A stretch of 64,000 nucleotides of DNA from Mizuhopecten yessoensis (lineage: Eukaryota): positions 428,000 through 491,999 of the forward strand of contig NW_018408548.1 of NCBI RefSeq assembly GCF_002113885.1. Reading direction: 5' to 3'. Position 1 is the stretch's first letter, and the number at the start of each line of letters is the position of its first letter. Made by a program: the position numbers and the translations under genes. The notes under the pieces were generated by a model. The model worked only from the letters and a program-made list of their open reading frames with translations. It searched no databases and had not been told where the DNA came from. This document shows, in pieces, positions 24,843 to 38,354 of this stretch.

Positions 24843-25816
24843 CAAGTGAAATTCTCTTGTGTGCTGCCAGTTGTACTGTTCACAGGTATCTCACTGTTTA
24901 CGTAGCTCTTGTAACTTAAGAAGAAGGGACAGTGATAAATGTTATGTTTCCACTGCATTACCACTATATAAACCTCCCAAAGTTAGTTTTTAGTTATGAC
25001 ACAAACACTTAAGCAGGAAGATTATATACATTTGTTGTAACGTTGGAGATCGCTGGCCGATGCTGGCTGTTGGCACTTACATAAGTTAAAACTCTACCTC
25101 AAATTTGAAGACCAGATACAAAATTTGAGTATCAGCTTATCATCAAATAAATGAAATATTTAAAAAAACAAGTATTAAAAGGCATTTAATCATTGTTGAA
25201 GTATTATAATTAAAGAGTGCAGTTTAATGCTGAAACCTTTGGTGTTGCACAGATTTCCACCCTACAGTCAGTATATATGTATTATGTATCATATTTAGAA
25301 CATGGGGTGGGGATCTGTGCCACATCCGTGTGACTGAAATAACATTCATTTGGAATAGATCCTATTCGTATATTTATAGATTTTAATTTATAGGCCCGTT
25401 AAGTGTTTGAACATTGTACAAGGAAAATAAATATTGAATTACAAATATTTGATATTGATGTGTTTTAAGAAAATATAACTTACAAAGTTTGAACCGTACT
25501 GATGTAAATGAACTGGTTAAACCTCCTTATACTGCCGTTCTAATTCATGACATTCTGAAGAGTGTGCCAGTATATGGGACAAAGTTATGTGGTAAATATA
25601 TATAACAAGTGGCAAATCTGTAAACGATTTTATTTTTATGTGTTTTATTTTGCAAACTATGCCTGTAGATTTATTCCACAATGTTTTACATAGCATTTGA
25701 GGTATATACTAGTTTACTATTGACAGTCATTACCTAAAGGATTTAATTAATATTTGCAGAAGATATAAATTCGCATATGAGTTTCTGATGTGTAAATGTG
25801 AAAATTGGTGTATACC

Positions 25817-25905
25817 TTAACCCTTTCACCCCTATATAACTTCAGTAGACTCTACCATGCATTGGTGTGGATTAGTCCATTATGGTCTACAGTGGTGAAA
25901 GGGTT
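25817..25905. mobile_element. ~90-bp TTAA-CCC...GGG MITE, sister of 21638-21730
   Basis: TTAACCCTTTCACC...GGTGAAAGGGTT inverted ends; internal sequence aligns with the 21638 copy. Confidence 0.7.
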
Positions 25906-28128
25906 GTACATGCACTGGCAACAAACTATGATGACTACCCTATGTTTACACAGACAATTTATTGTTAGTTTCTGGAAGGAAGGTATCTATTGTATATGGC
26001 ATTTTTCCTGTGAGAATTCTTTTAAAACATTTCAATGTATCAAAAATTCCTTGTGTATACTTTTATGATTGACATTTACCATTATATAATGCTACCTGTA
26101 AATATGTACTTTTTTTGTTCAGTTTTCCATGCTTGAATAAACTCCATCAACAGATTGAACAAATTGAGGTGTATTTGGTTGATACTGTAAACTTTGATAT
26201 CACCGCCCTGTTTAAATTTTCGATCCTTGGTCTTTAACATTTATTTTGCTGTCCTGTTTTGATATTTTAGTTACTGTAGTTATCTGTCTTGTAAAATAAA
26301 TCACACACACAACAAAATGTTCATTGGAAAGAATGATGAATATCAGATGAGACAAATATTTCCTTGTTTTTATTTCTTTCCTATCAAGAGCTCATTTCAT
26401 TCCATTTCGTCAGTTTTATTCAAAGATTATCCCATGAATAGGATTGAACTTATATGGGCCCATGATCATCTTATTGGTAAAAGTAATGTAATTTTACTGT
26501 TGCACACAATCTACCTTTCCATCTTCAAAAGTTTTGGATTGACAGAACATTCTCTAGGATGTATGTACTGTGATCATCTCTCTGTTGAACGTTAAAAAAT
26601 GTACAAGTTATTTTTTATAGGCATACAGTTGTCTTTCTAAAATTGACAACAATTGCTGGCTCCAGAGACCTGGATTTTTTTTTAATTTTTTTTTCAACTG
26701 TTCAGTTTCAGCCTGCCAGTTTTTACTACCGAGGTCAATTTTAATGGACATAAGTTTTTGCCACTTCTATGCAACATCATTTTGAGATGATATAATTTGA
26801 AACATTATGTTACTCCAAAGCACTGACATAAAACATCAAAATATCTAGGGAAAACTTGATTGGGAAGGTAGAGAGGTACCTATACACTGTTGGTAGATTG
26901 TCTCCCCTTCTCCAATGCTGGCTTTACTCACACATGGGGAACAACTCTTTTCAGGTTTTGACAAAAAATACAGATCTACCTGAATGTTATTTGGCCGACA
27001 CTGATGATAGTAAAAGTCACAATATTATTTGGCTTTGTACAAGATTACTTTGTTGATATTTTTAGTCAAATTCTCAAATTTAATTTTGAAAATTTTAGGC
27101 AAGAATTAAGAGTGTTATCATCTGACGGTGGTATAAATTGACGTTATGATTTAAAACTTGTTGGGGAAAATGTATCCAAACTATTTATAAATACCACAAG
27201 GGCCAGACAGTTGGTAATCAGAATAATGATCACAGGAATAGTTTCTCTAGAAAATATTTCCTTTGTTAAATTAAGACATTACTTACCACGTGTCTGGCCC
27301 GTTCTCTATACCATAACTTTAATTTGTAAATAAACGTGTATATATAGCAATGTTAAAAAGTGATGAACTGAGTCTCATATTTACTAAATTGTAATTGACA
27401 TTTTGTGTTTGTCTTGGCTAGTGCATTGTGTACTAAACTGTAAATGTTGAGTGTCCCAATCACTTTTTTATCAGTACGATTATCTATATGATATATATAT
27501 TTTTCTCTTCTCTGTGTCACAGTGAACTGTGGCAACAATTGATGCATACACTTTGTGCTTGTAGAATAAATAAATCCTTGTCCACGTTTTTGTGGTAATT
27601 GTTATATTTTCAACTCAAGAGAAAAATCGTTTTGTAAGATATATTTTGGTAGTTTGGATAAAGAAGCAGGGGATGAATATATATTGCGATTAAGATTAAT
27701 TCATTCGGCCAATGAAAAACAGGTTAAAATGTGCTTCCATCAGTGGGAGAGGAAATTAGTATTTTGATTCTCTGAAGAATAAAGAAATCGATTGTATGAT
27801 AACTTTAGATAAGCGATAAAAGCGTTTCTGTGTAGCAAGTGTAAAAGAAACGATTCCAAATTTTACTTTCCGTTTTCCTGACAACGCTTAGTTTCTCCGT
27901 GACAACTACGGATCATCAGACGTGTATTCAGATCTAGGTTGCTAAGGGTGATCCCCTTGACAACACACCTTAGTCACACCCGAGACTAGGGTAAGCAGAG
28001 ACATTTCAGACGACATGGCTACAGGCATTAAACAAAGCTACATGGAGATCCTGGTCACGGCACCCATCTTCCGTAGGAAGTAAAAAAAATGTGCCTTCGC
28101 CTAGAATTTATCCGGTGATACTGGACAC

Positions 28129-28314
28129 TGTTCAGATGTTCTACCTCTGAGATTGGGAACTGTTAGGTGTTTTACCTCAGAGTTTGGGAACTGTTAGGTG
28201 TTTTACCTCTGAGTTTGGGAACTGTTAGGTGTTTTGCCTCTGAGTTTGGGAACTGTTGGGTGTTTTACCTCAGAGTTTGGGAACTGTTAGGCGTTTTACC
28301 TCTGAGTTTGGGAA
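28129..28314. repeat. 31-bp minisatellite x6 (TGTTAGGTGTTTTACCTCTGAGTTTGGGAAC)
   Basis: Units at 28129, 28161, 28192, 28223, 28254 and 28285. Confidence 0.95.
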
Positions 28315-29793
28315 TTTCCTTCTAGCTAATACTTTGTGATTTGACTTATACACTCTGTACAATGTACAGCCTTAAAACAGGGCCACAATTGCTCGCCCAT
28401 ATTAAAACCATAGACATTCAAACGTGACTATGCTACAATGTACATAAAAAGACAGTTTTAGACCACGTGATTACCGACATTTAGCCGACGTGATCTCACA
28501 TTCTCTGAAGTCCAGTCAAACAGCCCCTTCCGACAACTTGATCACAAATATTTCCTGAAGACTATGAGCCCACACAGAAACTTTCGGAGTACGCGATCAG
28601 TTACAGATATTTCCTGAAACTAGGTTACAAAGACATTTTCAGACGACTTTACAAATTTTCTCTATAACAAAACATTCAAACCCCGTGACCTCAGATACTC
28701 TCAAGAAAAGAATATTTCCAATTTCGTGCCGCAGGTACAAACCACGTGGCTGCAATACCGTTAGTGATGACTACATCTGAACTACATCTATGTGACCGCA
28801 TTAACCCCTGTGACAAAAAGATAAAACCATTCGAGACATCCAAGCTGAAACTGCCCAAGGGACTTTCACCTCCTCCATTCCTTTGGAATACTCTTGTCTC
28901 TAAAAGGGTTAATGCAACTTGTTTGGAAAAAACATTTCGTCAGAGAAAAAACGTTCTGTCGTTTTCTCCGTGGGAATTCTGTTTAAAGTAGGTGCCAGTA
29001 CACGTTTTAATATTGTTATGCTTTTAAGTAATTAATATTGATCCGGTTTAGGTAAACCAATATAATCAATACACACATATACAAACATATGTTGGTTAAT
29101 CTGTCAGTGGCTACACGCTTTAACATTAGAAACCTTCGACATGTTGGACCTGTCGCCTAGGTCATGGATTAGCTCTTAAATCCTCCCGCAAGCAGGGTTT
29201 ACCGGTACCTGTAAGTTAATATAATATACAGTTTAATAAAGTATCGGACATGTATTGATTTATATGTGCATAACATGTGCATGGAATTAGTCAGCATACG
29301 GTAAGGATAATACTGGATTAACGTAGCTTTATATTGCAGGAAAACTAACGGCGGGTCAGGTCACGAAAAATATGTAATATACTACAAAAACATTTGCAGT
29401 TAAGAAACATGTATCGTTTGTCACGTTGTTAATTACATTTTATCCAATATGTGCTTAAATATTCAATGTTAGCCGGATTTAGATACCTGACCATCGCGAT
29501 ACACTGGATTGAAGAGAAATGTTAAAATAACGGAAGTGCGAGTGTCAGCTGCCAGAGATTGCTAGACATCGTCTAAGTCAAGATATATATCGCAGATTTC
29601 CTCTACAGCAATGGGTGAGTAGTTTTCTTTTATTCATTAGCAAATTGAGAGATACGCTCGTTCATTACGGTAAAGCGAAGTAAACGGGAGAGCTACATGT
29701 AACATTACGGCAAAGCGATCGTAAAAGCGAAGTAAACGTGAAGCTACAGGAAATATAATATACCGGTAAGTAAGGTTAAGAGAAATCATGTAA

Positions 29794-30560
29794 CTATTCC
29801 CCACAGGGTTTGTGCGTCTGTAATACCTCCCATGTTTCAAAACAAATCTTAAAAAACATGACGAACGAGCTGGCCTTCATCCTGGTGCCCTTAGAAATAA
29901 ATGATTGATATAAATTACTTGCTCTTTGAAACAGTGGGATTCTAAGGTCGAAATATAGGTTACATTCATGGATTTTATTCTCAATTTTATTATCGCAGAA
30001 ATTGCACAGCCTGTCATTTAATGGAGTGACTGGACGTGTATACCTACCCGTCTCTATAAGTAGCGGTAAGCTGCCACTTCTTAACTTGGCTAATACATTA
30101 CGGTGTGGTCTCGGCATTAAAGTGGTGACGTAATGTTCCGATTGTAAATCTTTTTTTGAATAAGCGGTATGTTCGTAATGTATTGCCGTTAATGTTACCT
30201 TTATCACACCAAAGACTGGAGAACCACGTCTCTTCATCCTTGTTAAAAATTTTCTGTTTGATTTTTGACATAACGGATTTAGTTGAATTTAGACCGTCAT
30301 TAATAATATTGGCGATACCAAACTTACTTGCTAATTGTTTAGCTTTTACATCCCATGCTTTACCTTTCCTGGAAGACCATGAATAAACGTTGTACAGAAT
30401 ACGGTCATTATCCACCGATTTTAACTTACAACACAGCCTAAAAACTTCAATTCGTTGTTTGGATTCACAAGACATCCAACTCATAACGTCTTTTTTACCT
30501 AGATTGGAATAATTTCTTCCAACACCTAGAAATAACTTCATCGCTCTATTTTGTACAATG
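29794..30560 (-). mobile_element. 5'-truncated, frameshifted non-LTR retrotransposon (LINE) 3' fragment
   Basis: Two overlapping ORFs join across a poly-T slip near 30150 to give ..LRTYRLFK..E.YV...R..LAKLRSGSLPLLIETGRY..RLCNFC..IE, the C-terminal zinc-binding tail that follows LINE RT (RTE-X or CR1-group type). Confidence 0.8.
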
Positions 30561-32911
30561 TTTATAATACGTAACTATTATAGAAAATTGATAATATTCA
30601 CACGCCTGGGCCCTGTGCATATTTCCATGTCCGTATACCTCAGAGAATAGCGCGATATCGAGGGCCGCTCTATATTATATCAATTAGTAACCTGTGGTAG
30701 GTACATCCTGTTCTGTTTATTAACGTCCGTTAATTATCTAAATGGGATCCGACTCGTTTGAACTTCTCAGCGACATCTGTAGATTTAGGATATGATCATA
30801 ATGATTTTACACTTACCTCATTATTTGTATATCTGAACATACTTAATACAAGATAACGTATCTCTAGATTTTTTTATTTTAAAGTACATCACGTTTTAAC
30901 AATTTAATTTCAGTGCTAGTTGAAATGTCGACGAACGCAGCTTATCATATTTCATACATACCGTGAGGTTTTGTAATAGGGAACCTGATCTAGTGAATAC
31001 ACATTGATCAACACACATAATGCAATACTTGGATGTCGGTTACCCCGAACAGGGACAACAATATCAGATACTCAAATACCTTACAATAATTATCGTTTGT
31101 TGCGGGCGCACTTCATTTTCAAGAATTCAATCGAGTTCTAATGACCCAGCCCGTCTTTTTATAAGGACAGTGTGTCTGAAAATCAGTGCCTAAAGAAAGA
31201 TAACCATTCTTCAGGCTATAGGACTCATGTCCGGCCTTACAAAATGTCGCTAAATTCGGGTGTAGCTAAAATCAAACCGTTTTGAGTTCGTGTATCATAC
31301 GCCAATATAGTCCCTGTTGACAGCCCTCTCAGTTCCCGTCAATAACTTAAAATATTGTATATGACGCAGGAACATTAGGTCTGATTCGAAATGCTGAAAT
31401 GCAAATAAAATTGCAAACGTTTGAACAGTAAAATAAGTCTTTATCATAAACTAGCCAAATGTTAAAGGTTGTATGCCTACAGCCTTTTGAAATAATTCCC
31501 CAAATGAAACTGTGGACATAAAAATGGAATGAAGTAGGTTGTCATTGGTAGGTAAATCAATTTATCGAGGTAGAGAGTCATTTGCCCTGCACTTTGACCC
31601 TTTTATGTGTGATCCGACACAGGCACTGGGGATTTGCTTGACTAAATCTTTTAATCAACTCAAAGAAAAAATAAATAGTTAATAAATAAATAAAATAACA
31701 AATAAATAAAGTCTTACATGTGTGTTTTAATACGGGTTGCCAGCAGTTAATAGTTTTGTTTGTTGTGAATATTCTCTTTCAAAACGGAATTACAAATTTG
31801 GATTCTGTTTTAAAAATAATTACCATTTATTTACGAGATAAATTCAAGTCGCTGAGACTTCTGACAAGGTGAGCGGGTTCCCTAGATCCTTTGGTCTTTT
31901 ATGATATGTGTGAGGGGATTAAATACCAGACAGAGTTACAAAAGTCACGTAACACATCGCCGACTTGTACAAAAAAAACCCTGACAAGTATATAACCCTA
32001 TATACATACCTGTGTGATCACTGACAGATTACGACGAATGTCGCTAGGGACGGAGAGAAGGGGGTCTAATCTTCCCGTCGGAAGCATTTTGTATTTGGGA
32101 CAAAACGCTACGGTCTCATGTATATCAAACGACCGATGATTTTGTAGATTTAAAATAATATTTGTGTTGTTCGCATTGTTGTTAAATATTTTTTTAAACA
32201 GTATTGATTTGTTTCTCAATATTTCTATACCGTAAGTGTGTAGCGACTATCTAGTTGACCTGCAGTGTAGTTAAGTGGAACAAAACATTGAATACCTGTA
32301 GCTCAATTACTGATTAAAAACCTATACGTCGAATATAATACGTACTAAGTGTATAGGTTTGTAAGGCCATTTTAGCGGTAGAATCTATATATACACAACG
32401 GTGTCGTATTTGTTTACAAAGGGTTTTAATCGCCAAGGTAGACGGTTTTCATGCAGGTATTTTCAACCATATGTAACTATTGATTGCAGTAAGTGCTAAA
32501 ACTGATAAATACCTGGACAAAAATCAATCGATCTCGATCAGTCACGTACCAAACTATCGATCTGAAGAGGACACAGGTAGCCGTTGACAAACGTTACCTG
32601 TTGAGGTATAAAACGTCGGGGGACTTTAAGACCTCAGGGAATACACGGATTGTACAGTATAGACACTTAAACGTTTTAAATTCAAAGGTCAAAGTTGGTC
32701 TGCTGGAATAGGTATACTTGGGTGTATTGAAACTGACCACTGCAAATATTTGCTTTTCGGCCTCGTAGATCGTTGGAGAGTGACAGTTTGGAATGTAATA
32801 GACGACGGTGACAAGTTACTGTTCTCGTACAAGAAAGCAAAGTAAGTAATTATTTCTCATCTTGAATTTTATGTTTGCATGCATTGTTCCTTTTTGATTA
32901 TCGCACGTCTA

Positions 32912-32969
32912 TGGTGGTGGTGGTGGTGGTGTGTGGTATGTGTGTGTGTGTGTGTGTGTGTGGGGGGGG
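32912..32969. repeat. Compound (TGG)n(TG)n-G run microsatellite ending at an assembly N
   Basis: Direct. Confidence 0.9.
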
Positions 32970-33402
32970 NAGACTTTCAATGTTAATATCGTTTGTGTAA
33001 CAAAATTCCGTCGTAACCGATACAAAACTAAGAAAATGTGGCGGATATAAACTTATATCTGACAAGCGAGGGAAAGGGAAAGGGGGGTTATAGCCGTGTG
33101 TTCGGTGGGGCTGTAATCGTGTGTTAGGAACGTAAACATTCACCACATCTTAAATATGGTAAAGAAGTGAGGAGAGAGATAGAGAGGGTCGGGGTTGGGT
33201 AGAGTGGAAACAAAAAACATGTATCCCCCACATCGTGTCTGGTACGTAGGAGGGGTTGGGGATAAGGAGGGTCAAGATGAGGGGGAGTGGTGGTGTGGTA
33301 CATAGTAGAATACATACCCACCTAGTCGTTAACACAGATAGGGGTAGCTACATATGGCGTTTGGTAGTGGTGATGGTTGTGTTAGGTTAAGGGTTGATTT
33401 CA

Positions 33403-33631
33403 CAGGAACCTGATATTTCGTTAGAGCTATAGTTGAACTTAAAATGAGATGTTTAGAGTAATTTTACACGTTTTTAGGTGTTTAGATCAATTTTCGATAA
33501 AACTGTCACCAACAATGATGGTGATGCCATTTTTACCATTAACTGATATAACCCCCTAAATCGTGTAAATTTACTCTGACCACCTCAGCTAAGGACCAAA
33601 CATATAGCTGTAACGTATTTTCAAGTCCCCT
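33403..33631. mobile_element. Palindromic MITE
   Basis: Arms CGTTAGAGCTATA / TATAGCTGTAACG and AGAGTAATTTTACACG / CGTGTAAATTTACTCT. Confidence 0.65.
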
Positions 33632-36042
33632 TGGTTGATTGGTATAAGGTTGAAATAATGATAGATCTCACACAGAATGCTGAGTTGCAAATGTTTTTTG
33701 TCGCAAATTTATGTCAATAGGTGCCCTACAACTAGTGTCTATGTAGCCCAATATCGACTGTTTCCGAGCAGACGACCTAAACTAATGTTTTCCCGCTGAT
33801 GATTACGTCCTGGATGCCATGATTTATTGATAATGACCGTTCAATATCCGTTAACTCTATATATAAATATGTATGTCTCTCCGTACCCACACACACTAAG
33901 CTGCAGTATACTGAACCATACCGATTACAACCTCCACACCGAAGGCCATTTATCATCGAAGTTTAAATGATATGTGAACTATTTTATATCGTTTAATGGA
34001 TAGAAATGTATGGGAATTAGATTAGTTTGAATAGGAGTTACAACTGAGGATTACGAACTAGCTTTTGACATATTCTCCTACACTACAACAGGTACTGCTT
34101 GTGACGGCCATTTTATTTGCGTCCAGTCTATTTCTGTCCCAATTGTAAATGTTCAATGCCCATTGGGAGAGATTTTTGTAGATGTATGTCAATGTAATCG
34201 ATAAAGAACTTAATCCGACCATGAAAAACAGGCATAGATTAATGTAGGAACGCTTCCGGACAGAAATCAATGAGCAATCTCATTTCCTGTTAATTCTAAA
34301 GAGGAAACACCTCGGCAGTGAACGTCGCGCGCGGCCTTCTAACACGGCGTGCAAACAATGACACCTGTCTCCGACAGGTAATCTGATTGTTTACGCAGGA
34401 CATCAACAATGTTCATCATTGATTGACGCCACGACGAGCAAAGCTTTTAATTTGTTTGGTGCGTCATGCTTTCGGTACTGCCGTTTTTATAATTGATATT
34501 CATTATTCTACCATAACGGATTGCAGGATAGAAGAGTCCCGACAAGATCTAGACTTAATCATTGATATTACATCATAAGCTATTCACGTTGGCAGAATAA
34601 GGTATTATAACGCTGGTACACACACTGAAATTTTATCCGTAGCTTACGTTATTATGTAATAAGGTATTAGGTTTGACGCAACATTAAAGGTTCAAACAAT
34701 AACATTGAAAGACGTTCGAATTTCCCTTCACATCTTAAATATGTTAAATATGAATCTTCCTTAAGGCAAAAACTCACGCTGTAATTACATGTATAGCACT
34801 ACATCGATATGTAGCGCCAGTAGCACTCTCTTCATAAAGTATGGTTGTAAGCTCAAGGAATTCATACCGGTGTAACGTGGCAACGTGCCCCCCACGTGTT
34901 AAATGTACTCCGGGTCAACTTTTTACTGGCTTAAATCTACCATATGTATATTACAAATATTTATTATATAATATAAGGCTTCTGCAGTGCAATAAAGGGG
35001 TGCAATAAAATTGATATTGAACGTGTGCAATAAAGATGCAAATGAGCGCGCGACACCGTGGGAACTAGGTCGTATTCCTACGCCCATGTGGTCTGTTCAT
35101 CTAATTAAGTCAAGATGTACTCAGAACAGTCGTTGTTTAGTCGCTATTATTATTATATAAACTTATTGTAATGAGTCATGAGACTTGGTTCAAGCGCCAA
35201 CCCGTTGNATACCGTAAGGGGAATCGAACCAGTTATCATCCATTATCTGTAACGTTTCCAGTCTTGCGCAACAGAGTTGTTCGTGACAATTTTCACGATA
35301 GTCTATTTCAATATTCTCAGCAGCAACATAGCACCCTCACTTGCTTTTGAATGATTTGTTACTTCAAATAACTTTTTCGAAAACATTCGTGTTAATCTCT
35401 CCTGTGTTCACTTTTGCTTTTGCCCTCACCCCATCCCCAATGTAAGCATTACTGATTATCATAACACAATTCCTTCTATGATTCAAGTATTTCAAGTTGT
35501 GTCAAGTACTTCCTCATTTGTAAATATCACATATAAAATAATATCCGTGTTCTCTCTATTGAATTCACTTTCCGAAAACATTGTAATTCGTTTAGTTAGT
35601 GCAATCACTTAATTTCGTGGAAAACTTGAATGATCTATTCGCAACAATTTAAATTTAAAAAAGGAAACAATGAATTGTATTGATTCGCGATCAACTTTCC
35701 TTAAAAAAATATTTCCGCAATCAATTGTTTCTTGAGAATAAACACGAAGACACACACAACGAATTTATAAGTGATAAAAGCAACCCCCTTAAGGTTTGAT
35801 CCTCATTTCGCTCCTGTCGTGGCTACGGTACTCGCAGCTACCTACAGCTAATATTGAAAATGGCGACCGCTGTAGAATGAGATTATTTAAACCAATCCAC
35901 ATAAACGATTACAAACCTCTTGAGATACAAATTACTCGCGTGTAAGTAAGTACTATCACGGGTTGTGTAAGGTCAAAGAACCACTGACCAGTCGGTGAGA
36001 GCGCGGTCTACAAACATCGGAAGTTTTCCCACTTGGCATCCC

Positions 36043-36354
36043 GATACTCAAGGGGTAACGCTTACTGTCGCTCTCTGCACTCCTGTTATATGTCATAGCT
36101 AAATTTAAGGCACGCGATTAGCTTTTTGATTGATCTAAGGTCAAACAAAACCTGACCAATAACTAGGATGATATATGTCCTTTGGAGATAACAAAAGAAA
36201 GACACCCGACTTAAAGCCAGTCATTTTTACCGTTAGGCGACCGCGAAACTCTTTTGATGTGCATGAAAGGATCAAACTAGTCTTCTTGTGTCTTTTTGTT
36301 ACGACATATTCCAGTGGTGCAGAGAGTGAAAGTGGGTGTAACCCCTGAAGTATC
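36043..36354. mobile_element. Palindromic MITE
   Basis: GATACTCAAGGGGTAACGC..CTCTCTGCAC pairs with GTGCAGAGAG..GTGTAACCCCTGAAGTATC. Confidence 0.65.
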
Positions 36355-36454
36355 GAGCACGCTCACTGGGAAGACTTACTGTATTTTAGGGGATAATGTT
36401 TGAATTGTACCTTAAGAAAGAAGTTCCAATGGACGTTAATGCATTTTCTAATGA

Positions 36455-36700
36455 CTTATGAACTGGTTTACTCGTGGTCAGTATAATGTGACCGGGTGGA
36501 ATGATATGTTTTGTGCCTTCGGTTTATTATTTCAGTGAGATAGCACTCTTAAGTTGGCATCAGATCCGCGCTGTCACAAGGAGGCAAATACACTAACATA
36601 CCGTCTCCAGCACACACATATACATTACACATATGGATACACGTTCTTAAAATATCGTTACTGTCAATAGAATTCTTAACTAAATAAACCAACCGGCCGA
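36455..36700 (+). mobile_element. Meta/MESC-type SINE remnant
   Basis: ACTGGTTTACTCG..GTCAGTATAATGTGACCGGGTGG..TTTCAGTGAGATAGCACT resembles the molluscan Meta-SINE core; (CA)-rich and (AACC) tail. Confidence 0.55.
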
Positions 36701-36757
36701 CCACTCTTGAGTAAGGACACATTTGTGAAACTTGGGACTGGTTATTTAACTTTTTCT

Positions 36758-37013
36758 GAGGCCTGGACATGAAACCTATATCATTCTCAAACTCAAAAAT
36801 TTATGCTCAAGCCAAATTTCTTATTCCAATGATAGAATAATACTAAAGTTACGATTTGCCAATGATATGGAACAGTTTTGGTGAGACATAAAGCCGCGGA
36901 CCGCTTCCAATGTTTACGCCTGTGTTACATGACTTAATGAGTTACAAGAAAGTTTTGCTTGAACACAGAATTCATCCTTGAGCATGAGAACGGTTTTATG
37001 AATACGGGCCCTG
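36758..37013. mobile_element. Palindromic MITE (PIF/Harbinger-like ends)
   Basis: GGCC..CATGAAACC..TTCTCAAACTCAA..GCTCAAGC pairs imperfectly with GCTTGAAC..TTGAGCATGAGAACGGTTTTATGAATACGGGCC. Confidence 0.5.
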
Positions 37014-38354
37014 GTCAACACATACAATCACGATATGTACCTCGAACTCGTGCCTCTGACTCATGTCTGGAGAAATTTTGATAACCAGTTCTTCCTGTTC
37101 ATTGTTCTACATAACATTGTTAAATCTTTATCACTTTAGAATACTTCCTTACCTGAGTATTTATACCATTACAAATTATCAAAATTGAATTGACAACAAA
37201 ACATGAATATCCTGGTATCAAAATGACCACCCTCAGAAATATACATTATACAGCGCATATCTTTAAATAAATGGATTTTACAATGATGTGTCATTGAGCT
37301 GACATTTTGAAAGCCACACCTATGAGGAAGTTTTGTTTTAGATATTAATGATTCAATAGCGTTATGATAAGCTTTGAACAGGAAGATATAACTAGCAGGT
37401 AAAGCGTTATATATATACAAAATAAGCTAACCACAATCTAAATTGTCGCTGAGGATATTGGAATTCCGCAAATATCATAATAGATAATGTTAATAAAAGC
37501 TTTATTCTTTCTGTAAAAATAATTGCATGTATAAATGATAAGTATATAATCAATATTGCGTTAACAAAAATGTTAAAGTGACCGAAAAACATAAGCACTT
37601 TTCAATTTAAGGTCATAATAAAACTAAAATATATACAAAAAACAAAAAAATGATAAAAAAATTGATGAATTGGATCTGATCCCTTTTTCAATAATCGATA
37701 ACATTGTGTGCAATGATGAAAACCATCGTACATGTAATTAATATTTCTTAGGTTATGATAACATTGTGTTTTATAACCCGTCAATTAATTATACTGTACT
37801 GTACGTACATCTAATATAATGGCATGCTTGTGAAGTGAAATATGATATTTATCTCAAACTTCTGAAAATCGATTTCCTAATAACAACCTGATAAAAATGC
37901 ATTTATAACACACAAAATTTAGTGTTGATTATAATTGTTAGGTTTAAAATGGCTGTATGCCAACATGATGTAATTATTATTCTCGTGTTAGTCTACCCGG
38001 CATGTGGATTTACATTATTTACATCAGGAAATATGTACAACACTTCACACTGACTATATGACACATAAATAGATATACAAATATAAAAGTAGACAATGGA
38101 AGAAGTCGAGTTGGTTTTGATACATTCAAAGCTGTATTTAGAGACGATCCTCAGGAACTCATGTAGTCTTTTTTCACAGATCGTCTCTAACCACAAATTT
38201 ATTTTATTAGAATAGTCTATAATAGAGCTGGTCACATGATCCAGTTTGAAGATATACGATATGTAAATGATACATGTAACATTTCTTTCACTGGAATTTG
38301 TCACGATCCACAAACCTTAGTACCAGTCTTGAACATTAAAATAAGGGTTTCATA

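Noticed and set aside
20412-29000. Numerous 60-95 aa ORFs in AT-rich UTR and intergenic DNA
   Set aside because: Random composition, many non-ATG starts, no motifs or splice support.
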